DNA of 64,000 nucleotides from Solirubrobacterales bacterium (GTDB taxonomy: Bacteria > Actinomycetota > Thermoleophilia > Solirubrobacterales > 70-9). The stretch spans positions 2,885-66,884 of the forward strand of contig DATFPK010000019.1 of assembly GCA_035264885.1 (NCBI GenBank). Direction: 5' to 3'. Below the pieces are notes generated by a model. That model did no database searches. It was not told the origin of the DNA and saw only the letters and a program-made list of their open reading frames with translations. A program made the position numbers and the translations under genes. The first letter of the stretch is position 1, and each line of letters begins with the position of its first letter. Of this stretch, positions 17,919-26,529 are shown one piece after another.

Positions 17919-18413
17919 GTGGCCGCCGTCGACGGCAAGCTCGTCTCGATCTACCTGAACGACCACCTGGCGGCGATCACCGCCGGGATCGAGGTCGCGG
18001 GTCGCTCGGCGGGCAGCAACGAGGGCACGCCCCTGGGCGCCTTCCTGGCCGAGGTCCGGGGTGCGCTCGACGCCGAGCGCGCGGTCCTGATCGAGGTGCT
18101 CGACCGGCTGGGCACCCGCCGCGACCGGGTCAAGGAGACGGCGGGCTGGGCGGCCGAGAAGTTCGGCCGCCTGAAGATGAACGGCCGGATCCGCTCCTAC
18201 TCGCCGCTCAGCCGCGTCACCGAGCTCGAGGCGCTGCTGCTCTGCACGGACGCGACCGCGGCGATGTGGTGGACCCTCGAGGACCTGCTCGGCGGCGACC
18301 CCGAGCACCGCGAGATCGACTTCGCCGCCCGCGCGGGAGGCATGGAGGCGCTGCGCGACCGGATCGAGGGCGAGCGCCGCCCGGCGGCGGCCGCGAGCCT
18401 CGGCGCCGAGTAG
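17919..18413 (+). CDS. hypothetical all-helical protein (164 aa)
   Basis: GTG 3 nt after the upstream stop. High GC3. Motif YLNDHLAAITAG. No domain recognised. Confidence 0.65.
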   Translation: MAAVDGKLVSIYLNDHLAAITAGIEVAGRSAGSNEGTPLGAFLAEVRGALDAERAVLIEVLDRLGTRRDRVKETAGWAAEKFGRLKMNGRIRSYSPLSRVTELEALLLCTDATAAMWWTLEDLLGGDPEHREIDFAARAGGMEALRDRIEGERRPAAAASLGAE

Positions 18414-18416
18414 CGG

Positions 18417-19202
18417 CTACACGTCGTTCCAGAAGTCGAGCCCAAGCTCCGAGAGCCAGCGCTGGGCCTCGATGTTGAGCTGGAAGAACTCGCCGGTCCA
18501 GATGAGGATCCCCATCGCGATCAGGACCACGCCACCGGCGGCGACGATGACGCGGTAGTGGCGCTTGACGACCTCGAAGGCGGTGGTCATCCGGGAGAAC
18601 GCGAGGGCCGTGAGCAGGAACGGGATGGCGAGCCCGGCGGAGTAGACGGCCAGGAGCAGGGCGCCGCGCCCGGCCGAGTCCGACAGCGACGCGGCCGTCA
18701 GGATCGCGCCGAGGGTAGGTCCGATGCACGGAGTCCAGGCAATCGCGAAGGCGGCCCCGGCGACGACCGGCCCGCCGCGGCCGGCCCGCTGCATCAGGGC
18801 GTCGACGTGCCACTCGCGGTTCAGCCGGTCGACGAACAGCGAGGCGACGAAGAAGACCCCCATCGCGATGATCAGGGCCGCCGCCACCTTCTCGAGCACG
18901 TCGCGGTTGTCCTGGAGGGTCGAGCCGAGGCCGGTCGCGGTCAGCCCGAGGGCGATGAAGATCGCCGAGAAGCTGGCGACGAACAGCAGGCTGGGGCCGA
19001 TCACGCGCCGCCAGCCGGCGTCGTCCAGCTCACCCGCGGAGACGCCGGTGACGGCCGACAGGTAGCCCGGCACGAGCGGCAGCACGCAGGGAGAGAGGAA
19101 GGAGACGAGCCCCGCCGCGAGGGCAGCGAGGATGCCCACTCCCGCCGCCGGGTCGGAGCTGATCTCGGCCACCACCGTGGGAGGGAGGGTACTCACGGCC
19201 AC
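18417..19202 (-). CDS. ccdA: cytochrome c biogenesis protein CcdA (DsbD-like thiol-disulfide transporter)
   Basis: LSPCVLPLVPGYLS and WTPCIGPTLG motifs. 6 TM helices. Confidence 0.9.
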   Translation of the reverse strand: MAVSTLPPTVVAEISSDPAAGVGILAALAAGLVSFLSPCVLPLVPGYLSAVTGVSAGELDDAGWRRVIGPSLLFVASFSAIFIALGLTATGLGSTLQDNRDVLEKVAAALIIAMGVFFVASLFVDRLNREWHVDALMQRAGRGGPVVAGAAFAIAWTPCIGPTLGAILTAASLSDSAGRGALLLAVYSAGLAIPFLLTALAFSRMTTAFEVVKRHYRVIVAAGGVVLIAMGILIWTGEFFQLNIEAQRWLSELGLDFWNDV

Positions 19203-19228
19203 CTGGCGATCCTCATAAGGTCACGGCC

Positions 19229-19675
19229 ATGGCCGAGGTGCCGCGAATGCCCTGGGCGCGGGTCGAGCGCCGGCTGCGCACGGCCGAGACCTACTGGCTG
19301 GCGACCACCCGCCCCGACGGCCGGCCGCACGCGATGCCGGTCCACGGCCTCTGGCACGAGCGGGCGTTCTGGTTCGCGACGGACCGCGGCTCGGTGAAGG
19401 GGCGGAACCTCGCCGCCAACCCCGCTGCCTCGGTCCACCTCGAGAGCGCCGCCGACGTCGTCATCGCCGAGGGGAGCGCCGCGCCGGTCGAGGACGAGGC
19501 GACGACGGTGGCCGTGACGCCGCTGCTGGCGGCGAAATACGGGGCGGGGGAGGGGGAGCTGGCCCTGGGCAGCTCGCCCGACGGCCCGTGGCTGTATGTG
19601 CTGCGCCCGCGGATCATCCACGCCTGGGTCGAGGCGGCGCTGCCCGAGACCCGCGCACGGTGGGCGTTCGGCTGA
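19229..19675 (+). CDS. pyridoxamine 5'-phosphate oxidase family protein
   Basis: TYWLATTRPDGRPHAMPVHGLW...FATDRGSVKGRNL is a typical PPOX split-barrel pattern. Confidence 0.85.
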   Translation: MAEVPRMPWARVERRLRTAETYWLATTRPDGRPHAMPVHGLWHERAFWFATDRGSVKGRNLAANPAASVHLESAADVVIAEGSAAPVEDEATTVAVTPLLAAKYGAGEGELALGSSPDGPWLYVLRPRIIHAWVEAALPETRARWAFG

Positions 19676-19740
19676 GCCGCTAGATTCCTGGCCACCCAGC
19701 CAGGCCGCCGGCCGGCACGCGCGAACAGGAGGAGCTCCAC

Positions 19741-20628
19741 ATGGCCAAGCAGACCCGCCCGATCGGCGGCCGAGTCGTCGCCATCACCGGCGGCGCGAGG
19801 GGGATCGGCGAGGCGACGGCCACAGAGCTCACCCGCCGCGGCGCGCGGGTCGCGATCGGCGACCTCGACCTCGAGCTGGCCGAGAAGACGGCTGAGGAGC
19901 TCGGGGGCGGTGCCGTCGCGATCCAGCTCGACGTCACCGACCGCGACTCGTTCGCGAACTTCCTCGACGAGACCGAGCGCCAGCTCGGCCCGGTCGACGT
20001 CCTGATCAACAACGCCGGGATCATGCCGCTCGGCCGGTTCGTCGAAGAGGACGACCTCACGGCGCAGCGGATGGTCGACATCAACATCCATGGCGTCATC
20101 TTCGGCACTAAGCTCGCCCTCGAGCGGATGGAGCCGCGCAACTCCGGTCACATCGTCAACATCGCGTCCCAGGCGGGCAAGGCCGGCTTCCCCGGCGGCG
20201 CCACGTACTGCGCGACCAAGCACGCCGTCGTCGGCCTCAGCGAGGCAGTGCGCGCCGAGCTCGACGGCACCGACATCCAGATGTCGGTGGTGATGCCCGG
20301 CGTCGTCAAAACCGAGCTCGCCTCGGGCCTGGTCGAGGCGCGCGGCGTCAAGAACCTCGAGCCCGGGGAGGTCGCCGAGGCGATCGCCGAGGCGCTCGAG
20401 ACCGGCCGGTTCGAGGTCTGGATCCCACGCTCGACCAAGGCAATCAACACCTTCTTCGGCCTGGTGCCGAGGCGGGGCCGCGAGGCGATGGCGAAGATGC
20501 TGCGGGCCGACAAGATCCTCGCCGCGGCAGACCCGACCGCCCGAGCCGACTACGAACGGCGCGCCGCCGAGTCCGAGCCCGGGCTCGAACCGGACTCCGC
20601 CGACGCGAAGGCCGCCGCCGAGCAGTGA
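19741..20628 (+). CDS. SDR family oxidoreductase
   Basis: TGGARGIG (TGxxxGxG), NNAG, YCATKHA (YxxxK). SD AGGAGG upstream. Confidence 0.9.
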   Translation: MAKQTRPIGGRVVAITGGARGIGEATATELTRRGARVAIGDLDLELAEKTAEELGGGAVAIQLDVTDRDSFANFLDETERQLGPVDVLINNAGIMPLGRFVEEDDLTAQRMVDINIHGVIFGTKLALERMEPRNSGHIVNIASQAGKAGFPGGATYCATKHAVVGLSEAVRAELDGTDIQMSVVMPGVVKTELASGLVEARGVKNLEPGEVAEAIAEALETGRFEVWIPRSTKAINTFFGLVPRRGREAMAKMLRADKILAAADPTARADYERRAAESEPGLEPDSADAKAAAEQ

Positions 20629-20959
20629 GCGGCGTACCGATTTCCTCGCCGCACCGGTCGTGACTTTTAGAGGTACGCGCGGCTAGGCGACTAAGGATGT
20701 AGCGCTGGGCGTCGAACCACACAGGGATGGCGCCCAGGCGAATCACAGCCCAGCAGGCACAGAGCGGCGGTCGCCGCCTCGTCCTGATCTCGAACAGCGC
20801 ACCGGAGCCGTCGGCCGTAGAGGCGCCGCCGCTTCGAATCGTCGGCTCGCAGCCCCGCGTGAGCGGCGGCTTCCGGCTCACCGACCGCTGAGCCTCGCCG
20901 CTCCTGGTTTCCCGGCGCCGCACCGCGGGAAGCCTTACGGGAACCCACAGGAGGGACCC

Positions 20960-21163
20960 ATGGCGAGGAAGAAGGACAACAGCCTGCTCGGGCGGATCCG
21001 ATCGCTGCGCGACGGTCGCAAGAGCACCGGCAAGCAGGTGACCGACGGCGTGCGCAGCGCCTTCGGCACGATCCAGGACCGGGTGAAGGGAGGCCCGCAG
21101 AAGCGCAGCGCGGCGGCGAGGAAGGGCGCCCGGACGCGCCGGCGGGGCCGCAAGCAGGCGTAG
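20960..21163 (+). CDS. small highly basic hypothetical protein (67 aa)
   Basis: ATG preceded by AGGAGGG. Lys/Arg-rich. The stop lies 9 nt before the nuclease gene. Confidence 0.5.
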   Translation: MARKKDNSLLGRIRSLRDGRKSTGKQVTDGVRSAFGTIQDRVKGGPQKRSAAARKGARTRRRGRKQA

Positions 21164-21172
21164 GCTCTCGGC

Positions 21173-21865
21173 GTGAGCCGGGCGGCGCTGAGCGGAACGA
21201 TCCTCCTGGCAGCCGCGGCGTCGTTCTCGCTGCTCGCCGGCCCGGCGGCGGCCGCCGACCGCGACTGCTCGGACTTCGACACCCAGCGCCAGGCTCAGAA
21301 CTACTTCATCGCCAAGGGCGGCCCGGCCCGCGACCCCGACAACCTCGACGCGGACGGCGACGGGACGGCCTGCGAGTCGAATCCATGCCCCTGCAAATAC
21401 GGAAACGGCGGTGGGGGCGGGCGGACTCAGAGGATCAGCGCCCGAATCCGGTCGGTGGTCGACGGCGACACCGTGCGGGTCCGCGCCTTCGGTGTTCGGC
21501 GCAGGCGCTACACGGTCCGGCTGATCGGGATCGACACGCCGGAGCGCTACGGGGGCCTCGAGTGCGGCGCCCGCCGGGCGTCGGCGGCGATGCGCCGGCG
21601 CGCGCCTCGAGGACTCAAGGTGCGCCTGGTGACCGACCCCACCCAGGACAGGTTCGACCGCTACGGGCGGCTCCTGGCCTACGTCGAGCGCCGCGGCGGC
21701 CGCGACCTCGGCCGGGCCCAGGTGGCCGTCGGCTGGGCGAAGGTCTACGTGTTCGAGCGACCGTTCCGGCGCACCCGCGGCTACCGGCGCGCAGCTCGGC
21801 GCGCCCGCAGCGCCGACCGCGGCGTCTGGGGGCGCTGCGGCGGGGACTTCCACCAGCCGCTCTGA
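21173..21865 (+). CDS. secreted excalibur-domain / staphylococcal-nuclease-like thermonuclease
   Basis: Signal peptide. DCSDFDTQRQAQNYF...DADGDGTACES (excalibur). VVDGDTVRV...LIGIDTPE (SNase). Confidence 0.85.
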   Translation: MSRAALSGTILLAAAASFSLLAGPAAAADRDCSDFDTQRQAQNYFIAKGGPARDPDNLDADGDGTACESNPCPCKYGNGGGGGRTQRISARIRSVVDGDTVRVRAFGVRRRRYTVRLIGIDTPERYGGLECGARRASAAMRRRAPRGLKVRLVTDPTQDRFDRYGRLLAYVERRGGRDLGRAQVAVGWAKVYVFERPFRRTRGYRRAARRARSADRGVWGRCGGDFHQPL

Positions 21866-21871
21866 GGCCGC

Positions 21872-22276
21872 TCACGCCGGGTCGGGCCTGAAGAGCCACC
21901 GGGCGTCCCCGGTCGGCTCGGCGTAGACGTGGACCTTGATGATCCGGTCCCCTTCGAGCTCCCACAGCCAGGCATTGGGCGTATCGATTCGGGCGTTGCC
22001 GCGGCGCGCCCGGACCCGGCCGAAGACGAGGACGTTGCCGTCCTTCGTCTCGGTGAACTCCTGGGGCAGTAGCTCGATCTCGTCCCAGACGCGCTCGACG
22101 TCCTGGAGGTAGTTGCCGAGTGCGCCGATCCCGCGGTAGGGCCCCTCGCGTCCGGCCATCACGCCCGTGACGCTGGCGATCTCGATGTCCGGATGGGACA
22201 TCGCGGTCAGATCGTCCAGGTCGCGCTTGCGGAAAGCGTCGTACGCGCGCTCGACGATCCTCACGTGGTCGGCCAC
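21872..22276 (-). CDS. SnoaL-like / NTF2-family protein
   Basis: VRIVERAYDAFRKRDLDDLTAMSHPDIE is a typical SnoaL_2 N-terminus. 134 aa. Confidence 0.8.
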   Translation of the reverse strand: MADHVRIVERAYDAFRKRDLDDLTAMSHPDIEIASVTGVMAGREGPYRGIGALGNYLQDVERVWDEIELLPQEFTETKDGNVLVFGRVRARRGNARIDTPNAWLWELEGDRIIKVHVYAEPTGDARWLFRPDPA

Positions 22277-22296
22277 GACGTGAGTGTCTCAGCCGC

Positions 22297-22836
22297 TCAC
22301 CACGGCAGGCCGATCGATCCCGGCACCGGCTTCGGATGACCGGCATAGGCGACCGCGGGGTCCGGCGTCTCCTCCGAGGCGGCGGCGCCGTGGCGCACCG
22401 CCGCCTCGTCCCGCGGGTAGAGGATCTCCTCGTCGGGATCCACGGTGCCAACCATCAGGATCGAGGAGGGGCGCTCGCCGGCGCCGAGGGCCACATGGGC
22501 CGCTCCCGGGGGGAAGTGGACGAAGTCGCCCTTCCGCAGCGCCCGCTCCTCGCCCTCGACGATCAGGAGGCACTCGCCGGAGAGGACCAGGAACGCCTCC
22601 TGGTTGCTCTCGCGGTGGTAGAGGCTGTTCGGCTGCCCCGGCTGCAGGACCCGGACGTTGATCGCGAACTCGGGGAAGCGCGCGTCACCCTCGCCCATGA
22701 ACCGGACCGACGCGCCGAACGACTCGCTCTCGCTGCCGCGGGCGTCGGCGACGTTGAGGACGAACCACCCGGGGCCGTCGGGCACCAGGCCGCCTTCTTC
22801 GCGGCGCAGCCGCGCCTCCTCGATCACTGACCACAT
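22297..22836 (-). CDS. cupin domain protein
   Basis: ATG at 22836 with SD GGAGGAAG. Cupin motifs YHRESNQEAFLVLSGE and GDFVHFPPGAAH. Confidence 0.8.
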   Translation of the reverse strand: MWSVIEEARLRREEGGLVPDGPGWFVLNVADARGSESESFGASVRFMGEGDARFPEFAINVRVLQPGQPNSLYHRESNQEAFLVLSGECLLIVEGEERALRKGDFVHFPPGAAHVALGAGERPSSILMVGTVDPDEEILYPRDEAAVRHGAAASEETPDPAVAYAGHPKPVPGSIGLPW

Positions 22837-22886
22837 CTCTTCCTCCGCACGGTTGGGGGACGGTTCTGCGCCGACCCTAGCGTATG

Positions 22887-22900
22887 CGAACATATGTTCG
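22887..22900. promoter_or_regulatory. LexA (SOS / Cheo) box
   Basis: Perfect 14-nt palindrome CGAACATATGTTCG, matching the GAAC-N4-GTTC consensus. It is centred on the ATG of CDS 22894 and lies 51 nt upstream of the cupin start. Confidence 0.7.
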
Positions 22901-23253
22901 TGACCTCGCAGGGCTCGCCGACCGCTCGCTTCCGGCGGGCCCTGGCGACCGGGAACGCGACCTTGGTCCTGGAGGCGGCGGCAGAGCTGCCGCGGGTGGC
23001 CTTGGAGGACGCGCTGGCGATCTGCATGGTCCTGGCGCGCGAGCGCGATCCGCGATACCCGCAGGCGGCCGGCCGCTGGCTCGGCCGCCTGGTGCTGGAG
23101 CGCGGGCTGACACTCGAGCACGGCCTGCGGGCGGCGGTGGCGCTGGTCGAGCTGGGACGCTCGCCGCGGGAGGCGGATCCGAGGACGACGCTCGCGGCCC
23201 TGGCGACGGCCAGGGCTCCGCAGCGCCCGCCCGCGCGCGACGGGTCTACATAA
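22894..23253 (+). CDS. hypothetical protein (119 aa), candidate SOS-regulated gene
   Basis: ATG lies inside the LexA box. High GC3. Helical Ala/Leu-rich. No domain recognised. Confidence 0.6.
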   Translation: MFVTSQGSPTARFRRALATGNATLVLEAAAELPRVALEDALAICMVLARERDPRYPQAAGRWLGRLVLERGLTLEHGLRAAVALVELGRSPREADPRTTLAALATARAPQRPPARDGST

Positions 23254-23317
23254 GCTCCGTTATCGAGCGTTGACCGTGCGGAGAGGCCGCCGTGGCGACG
23301 GACCCCCCTTGGCGCTC

Positions 23318-23713
23318 CTAGATCTTGCCGAGGGCGTCGGCCGCCATCGCGGTGTCGGTCAGCGCCTGGACCTCGGTCACCTGACCGTCGCTGAAGCGCC
23401 AGACGTGGACCCAGGGCAGCTTCACGTCCTTGCCGGTGTCCTTGCCCTTTGCCTCGCTGTGGCTGAGGACGACCACCGTGTCCCCCTGCTCGATGAACTC
23501 GTCCGCGGTGATCGAAAACGACTCCCAGTAGTTGCCGAGCTCGGCGAACAGCTGCTTGACGTTGTCCTTGCCCTCGGTCACGCCGTTGTTCGGCACCTGC
23601 GGGGCCTCGGGGTTCTCCCAGCGGACGTCGTCGGCGAAGTTGGCCGTGGCGCCGTCGAGGTCGCCTCGGCCGAAGGCCTCGTAGCCCTCCTTCAGGGTGT
23701 CGGCGTTGGACAT
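23318..23713 (-). CDS. SnoaL-like / ketosteroid-isomerase-like protein
   Basis: MSNADTLKEGYEAFGRGDLDGATANFADDVRWE. 131 aa. Confidence 0.85.
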   Translation of the reverse strand: MSNADTLKEGYEAFGRGDLDGATANFADDVRWENPEAPQVPNNGVTEGKDNVKQLFAELGNYWESFSITADEFIEQGDTVVVLSHSEAKGKDTGKDVKLPWVHVWRFSDGQVTEVQALTDTAMAADALGKI

Positions 23714-23877
23714 GTCCTCTCCTTTCCTCGCTTGCTCCGCATGGCTGCAGCTGTTTCACCCTAAGCCACGGGCACGGACCCGCGCAAGCGTCCAGGTCTG
23801 CGGCTTTCTACGGATGCCCGTCCGCAGGCACCCGCGTTAGCTTGGAAACTGGTCATCCCTCGAAGGCAAGGAGAGCC

Positions 23878-26088
23878 TTGGACCGCAGTCGCAACCTCGC
23901 CGCCCGCGCCGCCCACTGGAGCGCCAACCACCGCAAGGTGGCGATCTGGGGCTGGCTCGCGTTCGTCGTCGTCGCCGTCTTCCTCGGCAACGCCGTCGGC
24001 CAGCAGGTCATCCACGGGGCAGACCAGTTCTCCGGCGAGTCCGGCGACGCGGAGCAGGCGCTCTACGCCAACGGCCTGCGTCCGAACGACGAGCACATCC
24101 TGGTCCAGTCCGAGACGCTGACCATCGCCGACCCCGAATTCCAGAGCGCGATCAACGATTCGATCGCGAAGCTCGAGAAGACCGACGACGTCGTCGAGAT
24201 CCAGTCGCCGCTCGGCGGCGGCGCAGCGGTCACCGAGGATCAGCACTCCGCCCTCGTCAACTTCGAGATCACCGGCGACACGCTCGAGGCGGCGGATCGC
24301 GTCGACCCCTCGATAGCCGTCGTCGACGAGGTCGCTGCCGACCATCCCGATCTCACGGTCGAGCAGTACGGGGCCGCCAGCACCCAGAAGGAGCTGAACG
24401 AGATCTTCTCGGAGGACCTCCTCCAGGCGGAGACCCTGTCGCTGCCGATCACGCTGCTGATCCTGATCGTCGCCTTCGGGTCGATCGTCGCCGCGCTGGT
24501 ACCCCTCTCGATCGGGATCACGGCGGTGGCCGCCGCCTCGGCGCTGGTCGCGATCCCGAGCCACCTCTCCCCGGTGGACAGCAACCTCTCCTCGGTGATC
24601 CTGCTGGTCGGCCTCGCGGTGGGGGTCGACTACTCGCTCTTCTACCTGCGGCGCGAGCGCGAGGAACGCGACCGCGGGCATGACGCCCGCTCGGCGCTCG
24701 ACATCGCCGCGGCCACGTCCGGGCGGGCGGTCCTGATCTCCGGGCTCACCGTGATCGCCGCCATGGCCGGCATGTTCTTCACCGGCGACAAGACCTTCGT
24801 CTCGTTCGCACAGGGGACGATCCTCGTCGTCGCGATCGCGATGTTCGCCTCGGTCACCGTCCTGCCCGCGATCCTGGCCTGGCTCGGGGAACGGGTCGAG
24901 AAGGGCCGGATCCCCTTCCTGTCGCGGCGGGGCACCGGCGAGTCCCGCTTCTGGTCCGCGGTCATTGCTCGGGTGATGCGCAGGCCCTGGCTCTCGATCG
25001 TCCTCGCCGGCGGCTTCCTGGTCGCCCTGTCGATCCCGGCCCTCAACATGAAGATCGTCCAGAGCGGCCCCGACGACCTGCCGCAGGACCTCGCGGTCAT
25101 CCAGACCTACAACGACGTCCGCGACGCGTTCCCGACCGAGGCGGTCGCGGTCGACGTCGTCGTCCAGGGCGCCGACGTGCGTGACCCGGCGACTTCGGCC
25201 GGCATCTCCCAACTCCGTCAGCAGGCCGAGACGATGCCGCATGTGCTGCCCGGCTCCGAGGTCACCTACAGCGACGACGACACGGTCGCCCTCGTCACGA
25301 TCCCTACCGAGGGCAGCAGCAACGACGAGGTGGCCACCTCGGCGATGAACGAAATCCGCGAGACGGTCATCCCGGCGACGCTCGGAGGCGTCGAGGGCGT
25401 CTCCGTGAATGTCAGCGGCGACGCGGCGGGAGCCCAGGACTTCCGCGACCTCGTCTCCGACCGGCTGCCGCTGATTTTCATGTTCGTCTTCGCGCTCGCG
25501 TTCGTCCTGCTGCTGTTCACGTTCCGCTCGATCGTGATCCCGATCAAGGCGATCATCCTCAACCTGCTGTCGGTGGGAGCCGCATACGGCGTGCTCGTGC
25601 TGATCTTCCAGGACGGCCATGGCGAGGGCGTGCTCGACTTCACATCAAACGGCGGCGTCACGTCATGGCTGCCGCTGTTCCTGTTCGTCCTTCTCTTCGG
25701 TCTCTCGATGGACTACCACGTGTTCATCCTGTCGCGGGTCCGCGAGGCCTACGACAGTGGCATGACGACTGCCGAGGCCGTGCGCCACGGGATCACGACC
25801 ACCGCCGGGACGGTGACGAGCGCCGCCCTCGTGATGGTCTTCGTCTTCCTCGTCTTCGCGACGCTCCAGTTCATCGACTTCAAGCAGATGGGGATCGGGC
25901 TCGCGACCGCAGTGTTCATCGACGCGACGATCATCCGCGGCGTCCTCCTGCCGGCGTCGATGAAGGTGCTGGACGACTGGAACTGGTACCTGCCGAGCTG
26001 GCTCGAGTGGATCCCGCACATCGGCGGCGAGCCGCCCTCGACTCCGCCGCCGGCGGCCAAGCCCGCGGCGCCCGCCGCCCGCGCCTAG
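23878..26088 (+). CDS. MMPL family (RND superfamily) transporter
   Basis: ORF 23842..26088. TTG 23878 is preferred because AAGGAGAG lies 4 nt upstream. Two MMPL domains of 12 TM helices, with GVDYSLFYL and GLSMDYHVFIL motifs. Confidence 0.9.
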   Translation: MDRSRNLAARAAHWSANHRKVAIWGWLAFVVVAVFLGNAVGQQVIHGADQFSGESGDAEQALYANGLRPNDEHILVQSETLTIADPEFQSAINDSIAKLEKTDDVVEIQSPLGGGAAVTEDQHSALVNFEITGDTLEAADRVDPSIAVVDEVAADHPDLTVEQYGAASTQKELNEIFSEDLLQAETLSLPITLLILIVAFGSIVAALVPLSIGITAVAAASALVAIPSHLSPVDSNLSSVILLVGLAVGVDYSLFYLRREREERDRGHDARSALDIAAATSGRAVLISGLTVIAAMAGMFFTGDKTFVSFAQGTILVVAIAMFASVTVLPAILAWLGERVEKGRIPFLSRRGTGESRFWSAVIARVMRRPWLSIVLAGGFLVALSIPALNMKIVQSGPDDLPQDLAVIQTYNDVRDAFPTEAVAVDVVVQGADVRDPATSAGISQLRQQAETMPHVLPGSEVTYSDDDTVALVTIPTEGSSNDEVATSAMNEIRETVIPATLGGVEGVSVNVSGDAAGAQDFRDLVSDRLPLIFMFVFALAFVLLLFTFRSIVIPIKAIILNLLSVGAAYGVLVLIFQDGHGEGVLDFTSNGGVTSWLPLFLFVLLFGLSMDYHVFILSRVREAYDSGMTTAEAVRHGITTTAGTVTSAALVMVFVFLVFATLQFIDFKQMGIGLATAVFIDATIIRGVLLPASMKVLDDWNWYLPSWLEWIPHIGGEPPSTPPPAAKPAAPAARA

Positions 26089-26528
26089 GAGCGCAGCTTC
26101 GAGCAGGGGCCGCAGCGGCCCCTCAGCGTCACCTCGTGGCCACGGACGTCGAAGCCCGACTCCGACGCCACGGCATCGATCGCCCTCTCGAGGCGGCTGT
26201 CCTCGAACGGCACGACCTTGCCACAGCGGCTGCAGACGATGTGATGGTGGTGCTCGCCGCCGGGGTCGATCCGCTCGTATCCCTTGGCGTCGCGACCAAC
26301 GTCGAGGCTCTGGACGAGGTGGAGCTGCTCGAGCTGCTCGAGGGCCCTGTAGACGCTGGCCCGCCCGACGCCCGGCAGGCCCTGGTCGATCTCCAGCGCG
26401 GTCAGCGCGCAGTCCTGGCGACCGAGGAACTCGACTACCTGCCGCCGGGCCCCGCCGCTCCTGTAGCCGGCCCCCTGGAGCGCCGACATCGCGTGGTCCG
26501 GCCATGAGGTGTGCGCCGGCTGGGCCAT
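26085..26528 (-). CDS. Fur family transcriptional regulator (Zur/Mur-like)
   Basis: Winged-helix RASVYRALEQLEQLHLV. HHHHIVCSRCGKV and CGPC metal sites. Last gene of the metal ABC operon. Confidence 0.9.
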   Translation of the reverse strand: MAQPAHTSWPDHAMSALQGAGYRSGGARRQVVEFLGRQDCALTALEIDQGLPGVGRASVYRALEQLEQLHLVQSLDVGRDAKGYERIDPGGEHHHHIVCSRCGKVVPFEDSRLERAIDAVASESGFDVRGHEVTLRGRCGPCSKLRS

Positions 26529-26529
26529 C

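Noticed and set aside
20695-20745. GGTTCGA-containing segment that looked like a tRNA T-arm (minus strand)
   Set aside because: No complementary 5-bp T-stem, acceptor stem or anticodon arm could be drawn around it.
23761-25620. 619-aa ORF on the minus strand
   Set aside because: It is antisense to the MMPL transporter. It is Arg/Asp/Gly-rich with no motifs.
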